From assembly GCA_951406725.2 (NCBI GenBank), contig OX597818.1, positions 86,366,001 through 86,430,000 of the forward strand: a stretch of 64,000 nt of DNA, written 5' to 3'. The notes beneath the pieces were generated by a model. It made no database searches. It saw only the letters and a list, made by a program, of their open reading frames with translations, and was not told the origin of the DNA. This document shows positions 26,427-40,400 of this stretch, piece after piece. Each line of letters begins with the position of its first letter. Position 1 is the stretch's first letter. Origin of the DNA: Octopus vulgaris (Eukaryota). The position numbers and the translations under genes are program-made.

Positions 26427-26815
26427 TCTCTCTCTATATAAAGCTGAAGTTGTCTGTGTGCGCCAGGTTTGGTAGCCTTCAACTAACACTATCTCCTCCG
26501 AGACATTGCGGCGCATGTTGACCAAAATTGAGAGTATGATAGAAGGGTTGCTCTTCCTTCTGTAGAAGATAAAATTCAAATCGGACCATGTTAACACCAA
26601 AAATTATTTACATCAAAAAGGTGCTTTTTTTCTATGAAAATCCCTATTTTTTACGATTTTTTCACTGCTGTGTCGCCACTTTTCGGTGTATTTCAACCAG
26701 AAAAATGTTCACTTGAAGAGAATAACAAGCTACATAATGCAAAATTTTTACTTTTCAAAAATTCCAATTCCAGCGGGTCGAAACAAGCCCGAGCAACGCC
26801 GGGCGATACTGCTAG
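26427..26815 (+). mobile_element. Non-autonomous Helitron
   Basis: A|TC start; subterminal hairpin gcccg-agcaacgc-cgggc (26787-26804); CTAG|T end; no TSD. Confidence 0.85.
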
Positions 26816-26891
26816 TATATATATATATATATATACATATATGCATATATACTGTATGTATGTATGTATGTAAATACATATACATACACAG

Positions 26892-26938
<47 letters not shown>

Positions 26939-27226
26939 TGTATATATATATATTGTATGTATTTATAAATGTAAATACATATACACACATACATACGTAC
27001 ATACATGCATACATACATACATACATACATACATACATACATACATACACACACATATATTTATATATACACATGCACAAACACACACACTCATACACAC
27101 ACATATGCATACATGTATGATGAAATCGCCTGTCGGCAAAACATTGGTGTCGTTGGCACCATTTTCCAAGTAGAAATAATTTTCATACTCTACTTTATGT
27201 ACTGAGTTCTTTTTCAGGTGAAACTT

Positions 27227-27257
<31 letters not shown>

Positions 27258-27278
27258 CATATATGTGTGCGTGTTTGC

Positions 27279-27359
<81 letters not shown>

Positions 27360-28380
27360 CGTGTAATTTAATATCTGCGCGTAAAAAACTTACAATATGC
27401 ATTGAGGTGGCTTCTATACAGCTTAGCATTTTATGAAATCTTCTATGAAATGATATTTGAAAGACGACATTTGTAGGAGTGTCTGTGAAAGGAAAAGCTT
27501 GCTAAACCATACCAAATAAAAAGAAAAAAACATAATAAAAATAATGAAACCTTCTGTATTTTCTATTGAAAAAGAATATATTTATGTTTCTTTATATTTC
27601 TAAACGAGTCGAGATAAAACAGTCCACCACTTAGTTCAGCCCATCACTGCCGTCAGCCTATTTCATTTCTGAAACATGTCAGCTGTCTAGACACAAAGAG
27701 CCGATCCTTTTTTGACTTCAACATAACATAGTGTTGTTGCTTTTGTTGTTGTTGTTTTTGTTGTTGTTGTTGTTGTTCCGTCCTACGTCTGGCCTGATCG
27801 GCGCTCCAACCGTAAGCGAGCCGTCTTTTTTTCCCTCTTATATGCAGGGAACTCAGCTCAAGCTTATGCAGTTATCAGTGTGTAGTGAAGCATGATTTGA
27901 GGGGGTCGATGAAATGAAGTACTAATCAAGTACTGCGGTCGATATAATCAACATTCCCCTTCCCTTCAAAATTGCGGCTCTTGTGCCAGAATTAGAAAGA
28001 ACTATTTCATACACATCTACCTAAGCTAAGTGGTTAAGAAGTTCGCTTCGCAACCTAGAAGGCCTGGGGGTACATTTTGGTTATCTCACCCTCATTAAAA
28101 AATTGCCAGTAATAAATTGGATTATCACCCCACTAAAAAAGTTGAGTTCACGTGGCGACAGGAGATTGAATTTAAAATGCTAGATCCTTTTTGATTCAAT
28201 ACTTCAACACATTGTTGACTTTTGGCCTTCTCAATAAGCATGGTAGAATTTGTTATAAAAATGTTAGATTCAATAAAATGTTTAATTTTTTCAGTTTTCG
28301 TGTTTACTTTTTTCATTTTTTGTTTCGTTTTATCGAGGGTTAAACAACTTTTTTAGTTGGGAGAGATAACCAAGGGAGAG

Positions 28381-28622
28381 ACGTAGGCTGTGTGGTAAGT
28401 AGCTTGCTTACAAAACACATTGTTCCAGGTTCAGTCCCACTGCCTGACACCTTGGGCAAGTGTCTTCTACTATAGCTTCGGGCCGACCAAAGCCTTGTGA
28501 GTGGATCTGGTAGATGGAAACTGAAAGAAGCCCGTCGTATATATGTATATATATATATATGAATGTGTGTGTGTGTAAGTTTGTGTGTCTGTGTTTGTCC
28601 CCCCAACATCGCTTGACAACCG
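28381..28622 (+). mobile_element. SINE family A, 3'-truncated
   Basis: Head, TA/TG core, start of 3' module. Confidence 0.85.
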
Positions 28623-29251
28623 TGCAATGTTTCGTTACTAACTCAATAATTTCAATTGACTGAAAAACGATCCTCGTCGTCAAGCGACAGAGAACCTTCT
28701 TAAATAAATAGTAACTGTGATTAGACTGTCATGCTTAGAAAGTTGTTGTTGTTGCTGCTGCTGCAGTTGCTGTTGCTGTTGCTGTTGATTTAATTGTTTA
28801 GCATTTGATCGGCCTTGATCAAACACATGCATTACCTAAAGCGGTTTTAAGTGAGCATCTCGTCTTTTTTGGAATGCTAGGAATACATTGTCTGCTCTTG
28901 GGAAATCTGAAGGATATTTGGTCACTCTTTCAAACGACTTAAAAGTTTTCTTCGAAGGCTGTTTCGCTAAGATCGAATTATAGTGTATGTTCTCATAACC
29001 TCAAATGTATGATATATGCTCTTTATACAGAAGCGTTGATTTCAAACTGACGTTTTATTACGGACTAAATTGAAATAACAAATCTTTCCTTACCACAGGT
29101 TAGGAAAGGTTGCTACTGAAATAGTTTAACAGTAGCTCGGTATTGTTTAAACACACCTATGATGAAGAAATATTCTACACATTTGTTATCAGCGAAAAAA
29201 GCAGTATTAGTTCAAAATATCATTTTGTAAATCTCACTTAACATGGATATA

Positions 29252-29533
29252 CAGTTGAAAGTCAGAAAACTGCGACATTCGTCTCGAAAAAGCACCTTGT
29301 GTAGACATATAGTGCTAAAAGTCACTGAAATACATCAGTAGCAGACGAAAGGCGTCTAGCAACGGCGGTTGAATTGCTAAATTTAGATTTCTGCTTCATT
29401 GAGCGTCATCTTCCATCACCGATGTTGGATGCATTCTGTCTTGTATTAATATACTTCTATTCATTTTTAGCACTTTACGTCTATACGAGATGCTTTCTCG
29501 AGACGAATACTGGAGTGTTCTGGCTTTCTACAG
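29252..29533. mobile_element. MITE with ~110-120-bp diverged TIRs, TA flanks
   Basis: attcgtctcgaaaaagcaccttgtgtagac..gtgctaaaa pairs with ttttagcac..gtctatacgagatgctttctcgagacgaat. Confidence 0.8.
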
Positions 29534-30227
29534 TATATTCATGTTAAGTAAGATATACATAACTTTATTCTATGCATTAATACCGAGTCATTTATTTTAA
29601 AGATTAAAATATAAATATCGAACAAAGTCTGTAGATACCTAAAGATGACTGTATAAATTCTAAGAATTTTTATTATAAAAAAAATATTGTAAAACATCAA
29701 AAGTGGGGAAGACATAAGAATGTCTAGGAACAAGCTTATAGTTATTAAGAGTTTTTTTTGTTTTTTTTACAAAAGACCGTACTTCAAAATAGTTTGCTGA
29801 TATAAGACTTTCATTTACACAGAAAGGATTAAGCTATGATAGGAAAAAGAAAAGAGATTATACATACATACACTCACAAACACACACATACACATACATA
29901 TATACATACAAAAACATACAAACATGCATGCATACATACATACCACATACATACACACATACATACATACACACACAGATGCAGCTTTTGAATGTCGCAT
30001 TTTATCGCACACAATACCTGCTGAACAGTAAAGAAAGAAACGAATTCATTATATGCATACTTAAAAATGAGAACAACAACATTTTCAGGTTTGGGACAAG
30101 AACTTAGACACTCTAAGTATGCAACAGTTTCACATGACTCAAAGGAAGCTGGACTGAACTGATCAGATGGAGTAGCTTCTCCTGGAGCTGTGATAGATAC
30201 ATTACATTCAATCTAGAAAGATATGTG

Positions 30228-30500
30228 AAGGCGCATGGTTCAGTGGTTAGAGCGTCAGGTTCACAACCATGCGGTAATAAGTTCGATTCCTAGACCGGGT
30301 TGTACGCTGTGCACATGGGCAAGACACTTTATTTTCACGTAGCTCTAGTTCACTCGGTTGTAGAAACTGAGTTGCCATATCACTGGTGCCAAGTTGTATC
30401 AGCCTTTGCCTTTCCCTCGGATAACATTGGCATGGAGAGGAGGGGCTGGTACGCATGGACATTTGCTGGTCTTCCATAAACAAGCTTGCTCGCACTTGTT
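30228..30500 (+). mobile_element. tRNA-derived SINE (B-related head, different body and tail)
   Basis: ggcgcatggttcagtggttagagc A-box, agttcgattcc B-box; central module shared with 12838-12890. Confidence 0.75.
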
Positions 30501-30534
30501 CTTTGGAGTTTTTACCCTTTAACGTTTTTTTTTA

Positions 30535-31210
30535 CTCGCTATCCAGGGAGAGGAGATATCTGCTAAATAATGGATAAACAACAGAAACAAAAGTGTCACG
30601 TTGTGATGCAAAATATTGCTATACCAGGGTTGAAGATATCACCCACATCATCAGCAGTTGCCCTAAAAAATGTCTACGAGATACTACCTACCAGGGAGAT
30701 ATGATATAGTTACAAAAACTATTAAGAGTGCTATCCGTATGAAAGATTTCCCTGCTGAATAAATATATCAAAGGCATGTCAGAACCAGAATGTATTTACA
30801 CCTTTAAAAGCAAGGAATACTGGGGGAATATATCAATAAAAACTGCAGTCCATGCAAACATGACTGACCAGATATTCTTCTGTAGGACAGGGAACAAAAG
30901 TTACACACCGTTGTAGAAGTCAGCTGCCTTGCAGATGTAAACATCCCATCAAAATTTAAGGAAATGAGAACATTTATCGTGAACTAACACAGAACTTAAA
31001 ACACTTGTACCCTGGCTATAAATTTTCATATGTACCTATCATCACAGATGCATTAGGCTATATATCTGCAGATTTGCACACAAAAGACCCATAAAATGCA
31101 AGGTTGTTTTTTTCCAAGAAGGAGCAAAAGGAACTAGCACCATCTTCCAAATTTAATCTATTAGCGGCAAAATGAAAATCGGTAAGACACTCCAAATGTT
31201 CTTCATCTGA
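30535..31210 (+). mobile_element. RLE-type (R4/Dong-like) LINE 3' fragment, decayed
   Basis: EDITHIISSCP zinc-knuckle remnant and PDI..VVEVSC restriction-like endonuclease motif; homologous to 39615-40343. Confidence 0.75.
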
Positions 31211-31450
31211 AATTCTTTCTATGAATACATGCACACGCGTAGTTGCGTGCATGCACAGACACAAATGCATATACATATATATACCGTAACAAAAGTTTGC
31301 CAACTAAGTGTGGTCTCCTATACAGGACAGTGCTACTGATGTTTATAGCCCCAGGAAGACATCTCCTGCAGCTGCCTAACGACACACATTCTGTGTTCGA
31401 TTAGTATTTGCGAGGAGAGGTCATCACTCCCATCTCTAGCCTCACGTGAT

Positions 31451-31497
31451 ACACACGGACTTGAGTTTCTGGGTGGTTACACGTCTTCAGCGTGTGT
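31451..31497 (-). ncRNA. Hammerhead motif in PLE pLTR remnant (~31300-31505)
   Basis: Minus strand: acacacg CUGAAGA cGUGuaacCACcca GAAA CUCAAG UC cgugugu; perfect 7-bp stem I; base of stem II decayed; flank resembles 36925-37113. Confidence 0.65.
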
Positions 31498-31596
31498 TAA
31501 TCACATGCTAGTGATGGAAGCTCATTCCACTCGCAAATTACTATATATTTTTTCTAGCGACTCGAAAATACTAATCGGACACAGAATGTGTGTCGT

Positions 31597-31730
31597 TAGC
31601 CAGCTGTGCGGTAAAAAACTTTCTTCCCCACCACAAGACTCCATGTTCAGTCCTACTGCATGGCACGATGGTAGTGTCTTCTGCTATGGCCTTGGGCCAA
31701 CCAAAGCTTTGTGAGTGGATTTGGTAGATT
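31597..31730 (+). mobile_element. SINE family A head fragment
   Basis: gctgtgcggtaa...gtgtcttctgctatggccttgggccaaccaaagctttgtgagtggatttgg. Confidence 0.75.
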
Positions 31731-31734
31731 TGTA

Positions 31735-32125
31735 CTTGCTGCGTAAACACACCCGCATCATTTGTCAAAAAAGGCAAGACTTTTCGGGTTTTTTTCTTTT
31801 CATTTAGTATTGTACCTTTTTCCCTTTCAGCCCCAGCCATGGTTCCAGTGCATAAAAGAAATGCTTCTCATGGTATAGAACATAAACACTGTGCATTGTC
31901 CATAAAAAAAAGAGTTGAACTGTTGAAGAAACTTGACAGCGGTATGTCTGTGAAAAGATTGTGTGAATTATACAAAGTTGGATCTACGACAGTTTACAAC
32001 ATAAAAAACCCAAAAAGACTAGTTACTCCGTTTCGTTGCTAACAGTGAGTCAAAGAAATAATCGATAATCGCTAATCCGGTACTCTCCAAGTTCCAATGA
32101 TACCGGATAATCGGCAATTAACTGT
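31735..32125 (+). mobile_element. Internally deleted pogo/Tigger element with CENP-B-type HTH fragment
   Basis: ORF 31839-32042 LSIKKRVELLKKLDSGMSVKRLCELYKVGSTTVYNIK; Tigger-like end ccggataatcggcaatttaactg. Confidence 0.75.
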
Positions 32126-32556
32126 GTGATTTGAGGCAGATTTGGCTGCTCTGTATTATGGCCGAGCGAGCTACCGCGTGGCTATTTCCTCGTTGACTCT
32201 TAGGTATTTGTGTAGTAATAGAAATACGATTCGTGTTAGCAGAAGAAAATAGAAAAGAAATTGTATAAAAAATTATTTACTGCTTTTTGTGTTCTCAGCC
32301 ATATCCTCTTAATTCGGGTGTAAACATATCTTCACAAAGTAGATAGATTAGCAATCACTCGTACATACATACACACATGCAAACCATGTACGCGCGCTCA
32401 TGCTGCCATTCAGAATTACAGGTGACGTAGAAAAGTATAATCACACGCAGTCACAGACAGGCTCACAGACGAGAATTATTATATTCTCACACGCTCAAAA
32501 GACAAACGGGCGTACATATATATTGATGGATAAAAAAGAGACACACGTCTTTGTAA

Positions 32557-32689
<133 letters not shown>

Positions 32690-32735
32690 GCGTATTCGCA
32701 CATACACACAAGAACACACACGGACACACACACGG

Positions 32736-32766
<31 letters not shown>

Positions 32767-33385
32767 CACATACATATAAATATACATATATATATATGTA
32801 TATATCCATATATGCATACACACACAGACTATATACATATATATATATATACTTACTCATATACATATGTGTGCATCTATATATTTATACACTTATGTAT
32901 ATGTGCAATTGTGTGTGTGTATTGTGTGTATTGTGTGTATTGTGCGTGTGCGCGTTTGTGAATGTCCATGAGAGAGCAAGTCTGTGTGAGCGTGAGTATA
33001 AATCTATTCATGTTCGTGTATGATAAAGAGAGAACAAAACGGGTTTTACTGAATTCTTTCATTTTGTTTTATTGCTAGTTAGAACCTCCGATTCATTATA
33101 ATACTAATAATTCCCATTGCCCTATTATATGTAACCAAACAGCCATAGGAATATTCTGGAAATACAAATAATAGCAGACTGACTGTTCAAATGCGAAGCC
33201 CATAACCCGTTTCTTTCGCCTGAATCTAGCTTCTCATGAGGGTTTATTGTCAGACAGAAGCGTTAAAAGAAAATTGTTGGAAACGTTTACGACCTTCTAT
33301 TGGTGTCTAACCAACCAGTGTGGCTTTGGTTATTTAAATACCGGAAGTAAAAGTGACAGACCTTACATGTTCATTATCAGCCTTG

Positions 33386-33512
<127 letters not shown>

Positions 33513-33587
33513 TGTGTCTGTATGCTGTGTGTTGTTTGTGTGTACGTTGTGTGTGTGTATGTTTGGATATATGTCGTGTGTATAATA

Positions 33588-33886
33588 GGCGCAGGAGTGG
33601 CTGTGAGTGGATTTGGTAGACGGAAACTGAAAGAATCCAGTCGTGTGTGTGTGTATATACACACACACACACACATATATATAATTCTATGTGTGTGGGT
33701 CAGTGTTTGTCCACTAACATCGCTTGACAACCGATGGTGGTGTGTTTACGTCCCCGTAACTTAGCGGTTCGGCATATGAGATCGATAGAATAAGTACTGG
33801 GCTTACAAAGAATAAGTCCGATTTACTCGACTAAAGGTGGTGCTCCCACGTGGCCGCAGTCAAATGACTGAAAGAGGTAAAAGAGT
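33588..33886 (+). mobile_element. SINE family A with internal head deletion
   Basis: ggagtggctgtg fused directly to agtggatttgg through tgtg microhomology; rest intact. Confidence 0.85.
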
Positions 33887-33999
33887 ATATGTATGCGCGG
33901 TAAGTGTACGTGCGTCTGTTGTGTATGTGAGTAACTTTTGGATAACTGTTTATCGGAATCTCATTGTTGAAACGCTATAGCGGTATAAAAATACTATCG

Positions 34000-34380
34000 T
34001 TTATCTTTTACGTCTTTCGGTCATTTTACTGCGACCATTCTGGGGCACCGCATTTAACTGTGTTTTTAGTCGAACAAATCGACCCAATGATTTGTCTTTC
34101 TAAAGCCTGGTACTTATTCTATCGATTGTCAAGCGGTGGGGTGAGGTGGAGGTGACGAGGATGGGGGGAAAACACAGACACAAAGACACACCCACATAGA
34201 TATATACATACACATACGGCAGGCTTCTTTCAGTTTCCGTCTACCAAATTCACTCACAAGGCTTTGTTCGGCCCTAGGCTATAGTAGAAGACACTTAACC
34301 AAGGTGCCACGCAGTGGGATTGAATCCGAAACCATGTGGTTGGAGAGCAAGCTTCATACCACTCAGCCACGTCCGCGCCT
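34000..34380 (-). mobile_element. SINE family A
   Basis: Reverse-orientation modules; head ends cagccacgtccgcgcc. Confidence 0.85.
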
Positions 34381-34644
34381 ACACACATCACACACACACA
34401 TACATAAATACGTACGTATATACATACACATGTACATACATACATACATACATACACACACACATAATACATACACACGTACATACATACATACATACAT
34501 ACATACATACATACATACATGCATACATACATACATACATACATACATACATACATACATACATACATACATACATACATACATACATACATACATACAT
34601 ACATGCATACATACAAGCATGCATGCCTATCTATGTAGTTATTA

Positions 34645-34772
34645 TTTTATTGACCCTGAAAGGATGAAAGGCAAAGGTGATCTCGGAAGAATCTGAACTC
34701 GAAACGTAGAACCGAAAGAAAGGCCGCTAAGGAATTTGCCAGCGTACAAACATTTCTACCACCTTGCCGCCT
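34645..34772 (-). mobile_element. SINE family C fragment
   Basis: gaccctgaaaggatgaaaggcaaagg..gaactc..gccgcc. Confidence 0.7.
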
Positions 34773-35479
34773 GACAAGAAATAAATATAATTGATGATAT
34801 TGAAATATTGATGTTGGTTGAGTAGAAACAAATAAGATACTTGTATCGAAAAAGAATTAAACGTAAAATATGTGCGCCAATAAACTTGGAAAACATTGCA
34901 TATCTTCAGTAGATCTTACCAGAAATCACTACCTTGAGCAAATATCTTCTACTATCGCCTCGGGCCGAACAAATTCCTTGTGAGTGGACTTAGTTGACGG
35001 AAACTGAAAGAAGTCCGTCGTGTATATATATATACCAAAAATCACTATACTGCTTTTGATTTCAGTAGCGATATTTCTGGAGCACCGCATGGATAAGTGT
35101 TATGAAACAGCCTTTCGGACTGGGGATAAAGGTCTTCTTTGTTATTTTTATGGTAACTAATAGTGGAGGTATAAACATACCTGCAAAAGAAATGGCACGA
35201 AGGGAGAACTTGAAATGTATATAAAAGCATTATAACCTTTTGTACTAGGTTGTGTCTTTCCGACAATTTCTTTGACTTTGCGTGCGCACACACACGCTCG
35301 CGCACATACACATGCGCGAGTACACACACACATTTTTTTGTTCAAGTTTTCACTTTTTGGACCCGTTAATATAGGATCTGGTTTTGGAGACGATTATCCA
35401 TTTGATAACGTTTGATATCTGTATGACCATTGTCGTAGTTTGCTGAAAGTTGTGCTCCATAAACAACGGAAGATATATC

Positions 35480-35712
35480 TGTTTCTTTATTACCCACAAG
35501 GGGCTAAACATAGAAGGGACAGACAAGGACAGACAGACGGATTAAGTCGATTACATCGACCCCAGTGCGTAACTGGTACTTGATTTATCGACCCCGAAAG
35601 GATGAAAGGCAAAGTCGACCTCGGCGGAATTTGAACTCGGAACGTAACGGCAGACGAAATACGGCTACGCATTTCGCCCGGCGTGCTAACGTTTCTGCCA
35701 GCTCGCCGCCTT
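35480..35712 (-). mobile_element. SINE family C (MetaSINE-like core), full length
   Basis: 17-bp TSD acaacggaagatatatc at 35463-35479 and 35713-35729; A/B boxes; core gtcgactttgcctttcatcctttcggggtcgataaa. Confidence 0.92.
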
Positions 35713-36245
35713 ACAACGGAAGATATATCGCACTACTGTCCTGCAGAACATTTAGATTTGTCTCTACATGTCATCCGTTACTTAACGGGCCTCCAAAATG
35801 TTCAGTATGTTCTGTATCTCTTAAAAAAAACTTGATAGCCTCCCTCCAACGAAAACGAAAATTCGCAGTTTGAATTTTTTTTTCTGCATGTCCGCATTTC
35901 AAGAAATACATCGGGATTTAAAAGTAGGCCACCAGACACTTAGTAAACCATAAATACCGTGTTAATGTCTGCTTGTCATCGAATTATTGTAATGTTGGTT
36001 AATTCCCTTGTGTTTTTCTTCTTCTCTTCTTTACCAGTGTTTCTTGTTTAAACACTACCAGCTCAAACGACAACTGACAAACGGTCTTGTTTTCAACATG
36101 ATAAATGGCAAAATAATTTATTATTTCGACCAGGGAACTCTCTGTAGCAGTATTTACAAGATTAGTAGTTTTTATTATAAGATTATCTTTACTCTCTTAG
36201 CTGATCGAGTGTTTTCTACTTGTTGAAGTATTAACACATAATACA

Positions 36246-36289
<44 letters not shown>

Positions 36290-36297
36290 TGTGCGCA

Positions 36298-36507
36298 GGC
36301 GCAGGAGTGGCTGTGTGGTAAGAAGCCTGCTCACCAACCGCATTATTCTGGTTTCAGTCCCACTACGTGGGCACCTTGGACAAGTATCTTCTACTCTCGC
36401 CTCAGGCTGACCAATGCCTTGTGAGTGGATTTGGTTGAAGGAAACTGAAAGAAGTCCGTCGTATATATATATATATATGTGTGTATGTGTGTGTGTGTGT
36501 GTGTGTG

Positions 36508-36566
<59 letters not shown>

Positions 36567-36815
36567 ATATTCATGTATGCAAATATGTATATGTGCGTGT
36601 ATGTGTTTGGTTGTGTTTATTCCCCCACCATCGCTTGACAACCGATATTGGCGTGTCTACGTCCCCATAATCTAGCGGTTTCGCTAAAGAGACCGATAGA
36701 ATAAGTACTAGGCTTACAAAGAATAAGACCTGGAGTCGATTTGTTCGACTAAAGGCGGTGTTGTTCCAGCATGGTCGCAGTCAAATGACTGAAACAAATA
36801 AAAGAATAAAAGAAT

Positions 36816-36819
<4 letters not shown>
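36298..36819 (+). mobile_element. SINE family A, full length
   Basis: Head, long TA/TG core, 3' module, (gaataaaa)n tail. Confidence 0.9.
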
Positions 36820-36849
<30 letters not shown>

Positions 36850-36853
<4 letters not shown>

Positions 36854-37430
36854 CAATAATAAATCTCTGAGCGAGGTATAAACAGTAACTGCTCTGTAAT
36901 ATAAGCGGGATCAGCCATCTGAATGTGGCTAGGGACAGGGCGGGGGGTGGGGGTGTTACTGATGCATTTAGCCCCAGGCGACTATAGACGTCACCAGAAG
37001 AGCCGACACCATCACGGTGTCCTTGCTAGCCTGTAAAGGGAGATCAGCCTCCCCGAAGATACGGATGCTACACACGGACCGGTTTCGAGGTGGTCGCCTC
37101 TCGTCAGCGCATGGCAATCTCTCCATGTCGCATAAACCGCACCTTCCGCTGCCGTTAGTATAGGGCTTACATCTGGCCAAAATCTTCCATTGTATGTTAT
37201 AATCGACACCTTTATCTCTTAAAGACCAAATATGATTGGATAATTGTGTCGCTTTTCTTTTGTTCCAGTGCCTAAAGCTCAAAGTGTGGTTATTGAACCT
37301 GGCCTTGAAATTACCCTCTGTCAGGCCCACGTATTTCTTCGTCGAAACGGTGTCTTTAGTGGTTATAGAGTTTACGGTAGCTTCATATATGATAAGAGAT
37401 GGTGTTGTGGATTTCCACTTCGGCATCTGA
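36850..37430 (-). mobile_element. Penelope-like retroelement fragment: GIY-YIG endonuclease plus pLTR
   Basis: IIYEATV..YVGLTEGNFKARFNNH..SFRH..TQLSNHIW.L..WKIL..Y..RCGLC, followed immediately by a hammerhead. Confidence 0.88.
37071..37113 (-). ncRNA. Minimal type I hammerhead ribozyme, canonical core
   Basis: Minus strand: caugcg CUGACGA GAGG cgacca CCUC GAAA CCGG UC cgugug; stem III palindrome ACCGGU; predicted cut after C at 37077. Confidence 0.88.
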
Positions 37431-37543
37431 AACTCAGAGTTTTATCTTGACTACCGAGTAATGTAACATATTGTATAGATGAATTTCCTCTATTTACATA
37501 ATATTGAGGTCTCTTTCTTTCTTTTGTTATCTTACCGTTTTAT

Positions 37544-37599
<56 letters not shown>

Positions 37600-38240
37600 G
37601 CAGTGTGGTAAGAGGTTTGCTTCCCAACCACATGGTTCTTTGTTCACTCCCACTGCATGACACCTTGACAAGTGTCTCATACTAGTCTCGGGTTGACAAA
37701 GCCTTATAAGTGGATTTGCTAGATGGAAATTATGTATATGTGTGTGTCTTTGTTGGCACAAACACGTTAAATAGAACACAGCACAGGAATATATATTTTA
37801 TTATTCTTTTCAACTGACCGAAGTTATAAAGTTATTCAAGAGCCGAGAGTTTCGAGCAAGGGACTTGGAACCATGAGTTTCAGAAGCAACCTTCTTACCA
37901 CACAGTCATAATTATTTATAGCACTTAAATAAAACGTGACTTTATTCTAGCTAAAAACGTGACTATTTTTTTCAGGATACCGCCCGTCATATGATGGCTG
38001 ACTTTCGAAGTATAAATTGTCCTGCATTGGGTAATTTGATAAAGGCTAAATTATCAGGCATAGCAACAGATATGTGTACGGACATCTTTATTTCTTCATA
38101 ACTTTCTGAAAAACCGCACATTTTTAAATGAAATTTTCTTCCAGTGTTACACTTTCAATGGTGTAAGTTGAGGGTGACTTTAATTCTGGACACCTTGTCT
38201 TTTAATTTATCCCAGAAACTTCAAATCCACTAATAATGAA

Positions 38241-38584
38241 ATCTTTACCTTTTGACCGACAGATTTAAAAAATAATTTTTTGTAACTAAACACTTTCAAA
38301 CTTCGTATACTTGTAGAATGTATCACATAAAACATCTTTTACTCTTGGCGTTGTTGAGAAAATTCTGTATTTTGGAAGTTATTTGTTGTTAAAGATGTCG
38401 TATTTCGGAAATTTCAACTAATCAATGATGTGTATTCAGCTGGATAAAATTACAGCTGCTGTTTGTCAACAACAACTTCCGGCGGTGCGTATGTTTTATA
38501 TGACACATTCTACCAATGTCTGAAGTTTGAAAGTCTTTAGTCACAAAAAATTATTTTTAAATCTGTCGGTCAAAAGGTAAAGAT
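38241..38584. mobile_element. MITE with ~95-bp TIRs
   Basis: atctttaccttttgaccgacagatttaaaaa is the reverse complement of tttttaaatctgtcggtcaaaaggtaaagat; pairing continues inward; possible TTAA flank. Confidence 0.88.
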
Positions 38585-38598
38585 CCTTGTTAATGCAT

Positions 38599-38810
38599 GA
38601 GGCGACGATCTAGCGGAATAGTTAGCATACCAGGCAAAATGCTTAGCAGCATTTCGTCCGTCTTCACGTTCTGAGTTCAAATTTCGCCGAGGTCGACGTT
38701 GCCTTTGATCTTTTCGGAGTCGATAAAATAAGTGCCAGTTGAGCACTGGTATCAATGTAACCGACTAAGTCCCTTCCCCAAAACTGCCTGCCTAGTGCCA
38801 AAATTTGAAC
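38599..38810 (+). mobile_element. SINE family C
   Basis: ggcgacgatctagcggaatagttagc..ttctgagttcaaatttcgccgaggtcgac. Confidence 0.85.
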
Positions 38811-39278
38811 CAAATATATTTTGTTAATACACTAAACACAAAATCCAACCAAACATACATTAGGGATAATTTCTTGTTCAGATTATCATGACCTATATCT
38901 TTCAAGCACCGCTTTCTAGACTTTACACATACACATACATTCTTATGGAGACACATCTACATGTAAACAAAACCTAGGGGTAAAGAAAAATTCAGGCTTC
39001 AGTGCACCTGTATAAGTAAATGAATATTCATGCCTCTAAAAATTTGAATGCATATAGTTGTATTTGTAGAAGCTCGTATGCATATGTATGTATATATATA
39101 ATAATTCTTTATAAATGTTCTGATAACTATTTACAGCCTTGAATTTTATATCTCATTCTGTCAATTTATATATGCATGCTAATACTTGACCCAAGTTGGA
39201 CTCCTCATTCGTATCATTATCGAACCTGGAGCTTAACCGTGGTCTATCCATAGGCACTTACTTAGCGTTACCAACACC

Positions 39279-39407
<129 letters not shown>

Positions 39408-39614
39408 TATATATATACCTATATACCTATATATATATAATATATATATATAATATATATTTATTTATATATATATATATACATATACATACATACATAA
39501 ACACACAGAGACGTATATATATATATATATACACACATACATAATTATACACATACACATACATACATACATACATACATACATACATACATACATACAT
39601 ACATACATACATAC

Positions 39615-40343
39615 CACTTTGAAGGGTATGCGTTGGCAATCTAGGAACAGGAAATATGAACCAAGCACCTGATGCACAAAACGGACAGAGATGCAAGTAA
39701 GGACGTAAAGTGTGACAGCCGATGCAAACTTTGTGGAGTTCACACTGAAGATATCACACAGGTCGTAAGCAGTTGTCCAAAAATGTGATCACGGTATTAT
39801 CTACCGATGACGTTGTAGCTAGGACACTCTATAACGAAATCCGTCGGAAGGATGATCCCGAGGATACAGAAATAAGAACCACAATATGGTAGAAGCCATA
39901 GCCACTCATAATGAAAAGGAATACTGGTGGAATGTATCAGTAAAGACCGTAATAAAATGTAAGCATAACAGACCTGATATGAGGATTTGGGATAGAGAAG
40001 AGAAACTGTGGACTGTTGTAGAAATTAGCTGCCCAGTGACCACATACTGAACTATTGAGAAATCTAGAGTTATTCTATCCAGATTACAAGTTCAGGTTTA
40101 TACCTGTAATTATTGAGGCCCTGAAATATGTATCAAACTGCTTAAATACCAATCTTGAGAAATTAGGCTTCTCAAAACCAGAAAGGGGAAAGCTAATCCG
40201 AAGTCTAAACATCTAATCCATCACAGGAACTGTAAAAATCTGTAAAACTTTCCAGAAGTTTATCATTTGAATATATATGAGCATATCTAGATATGCAACT
40301 ATATGCATGAGAATATATACATAAAACATACAAATCTGCACAA
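39615..40343 (+). mobile_element. RLE-type (R4/Dong-like) LINE 3' end embedded in (CATA)n
   Basis: RCKLCGVHTEDITQVVSSCPKM; KEYWWNV; KCKHNRPDMRIWDREEK..VVEISCP; (cata)n on both sides. Confidence 0.85.
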
Positions 40344-40400
40344 ACATATTTACATACATATATGTGTATACATACATACATACATACATACATACATACA

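Noticed and set aside
31839-32042. Domesticated CENP-B/jerky-like gene
   Set aside because: Only the first HTH is present, followed directly by a Tigger-like terminus; it is a deleted transposon.
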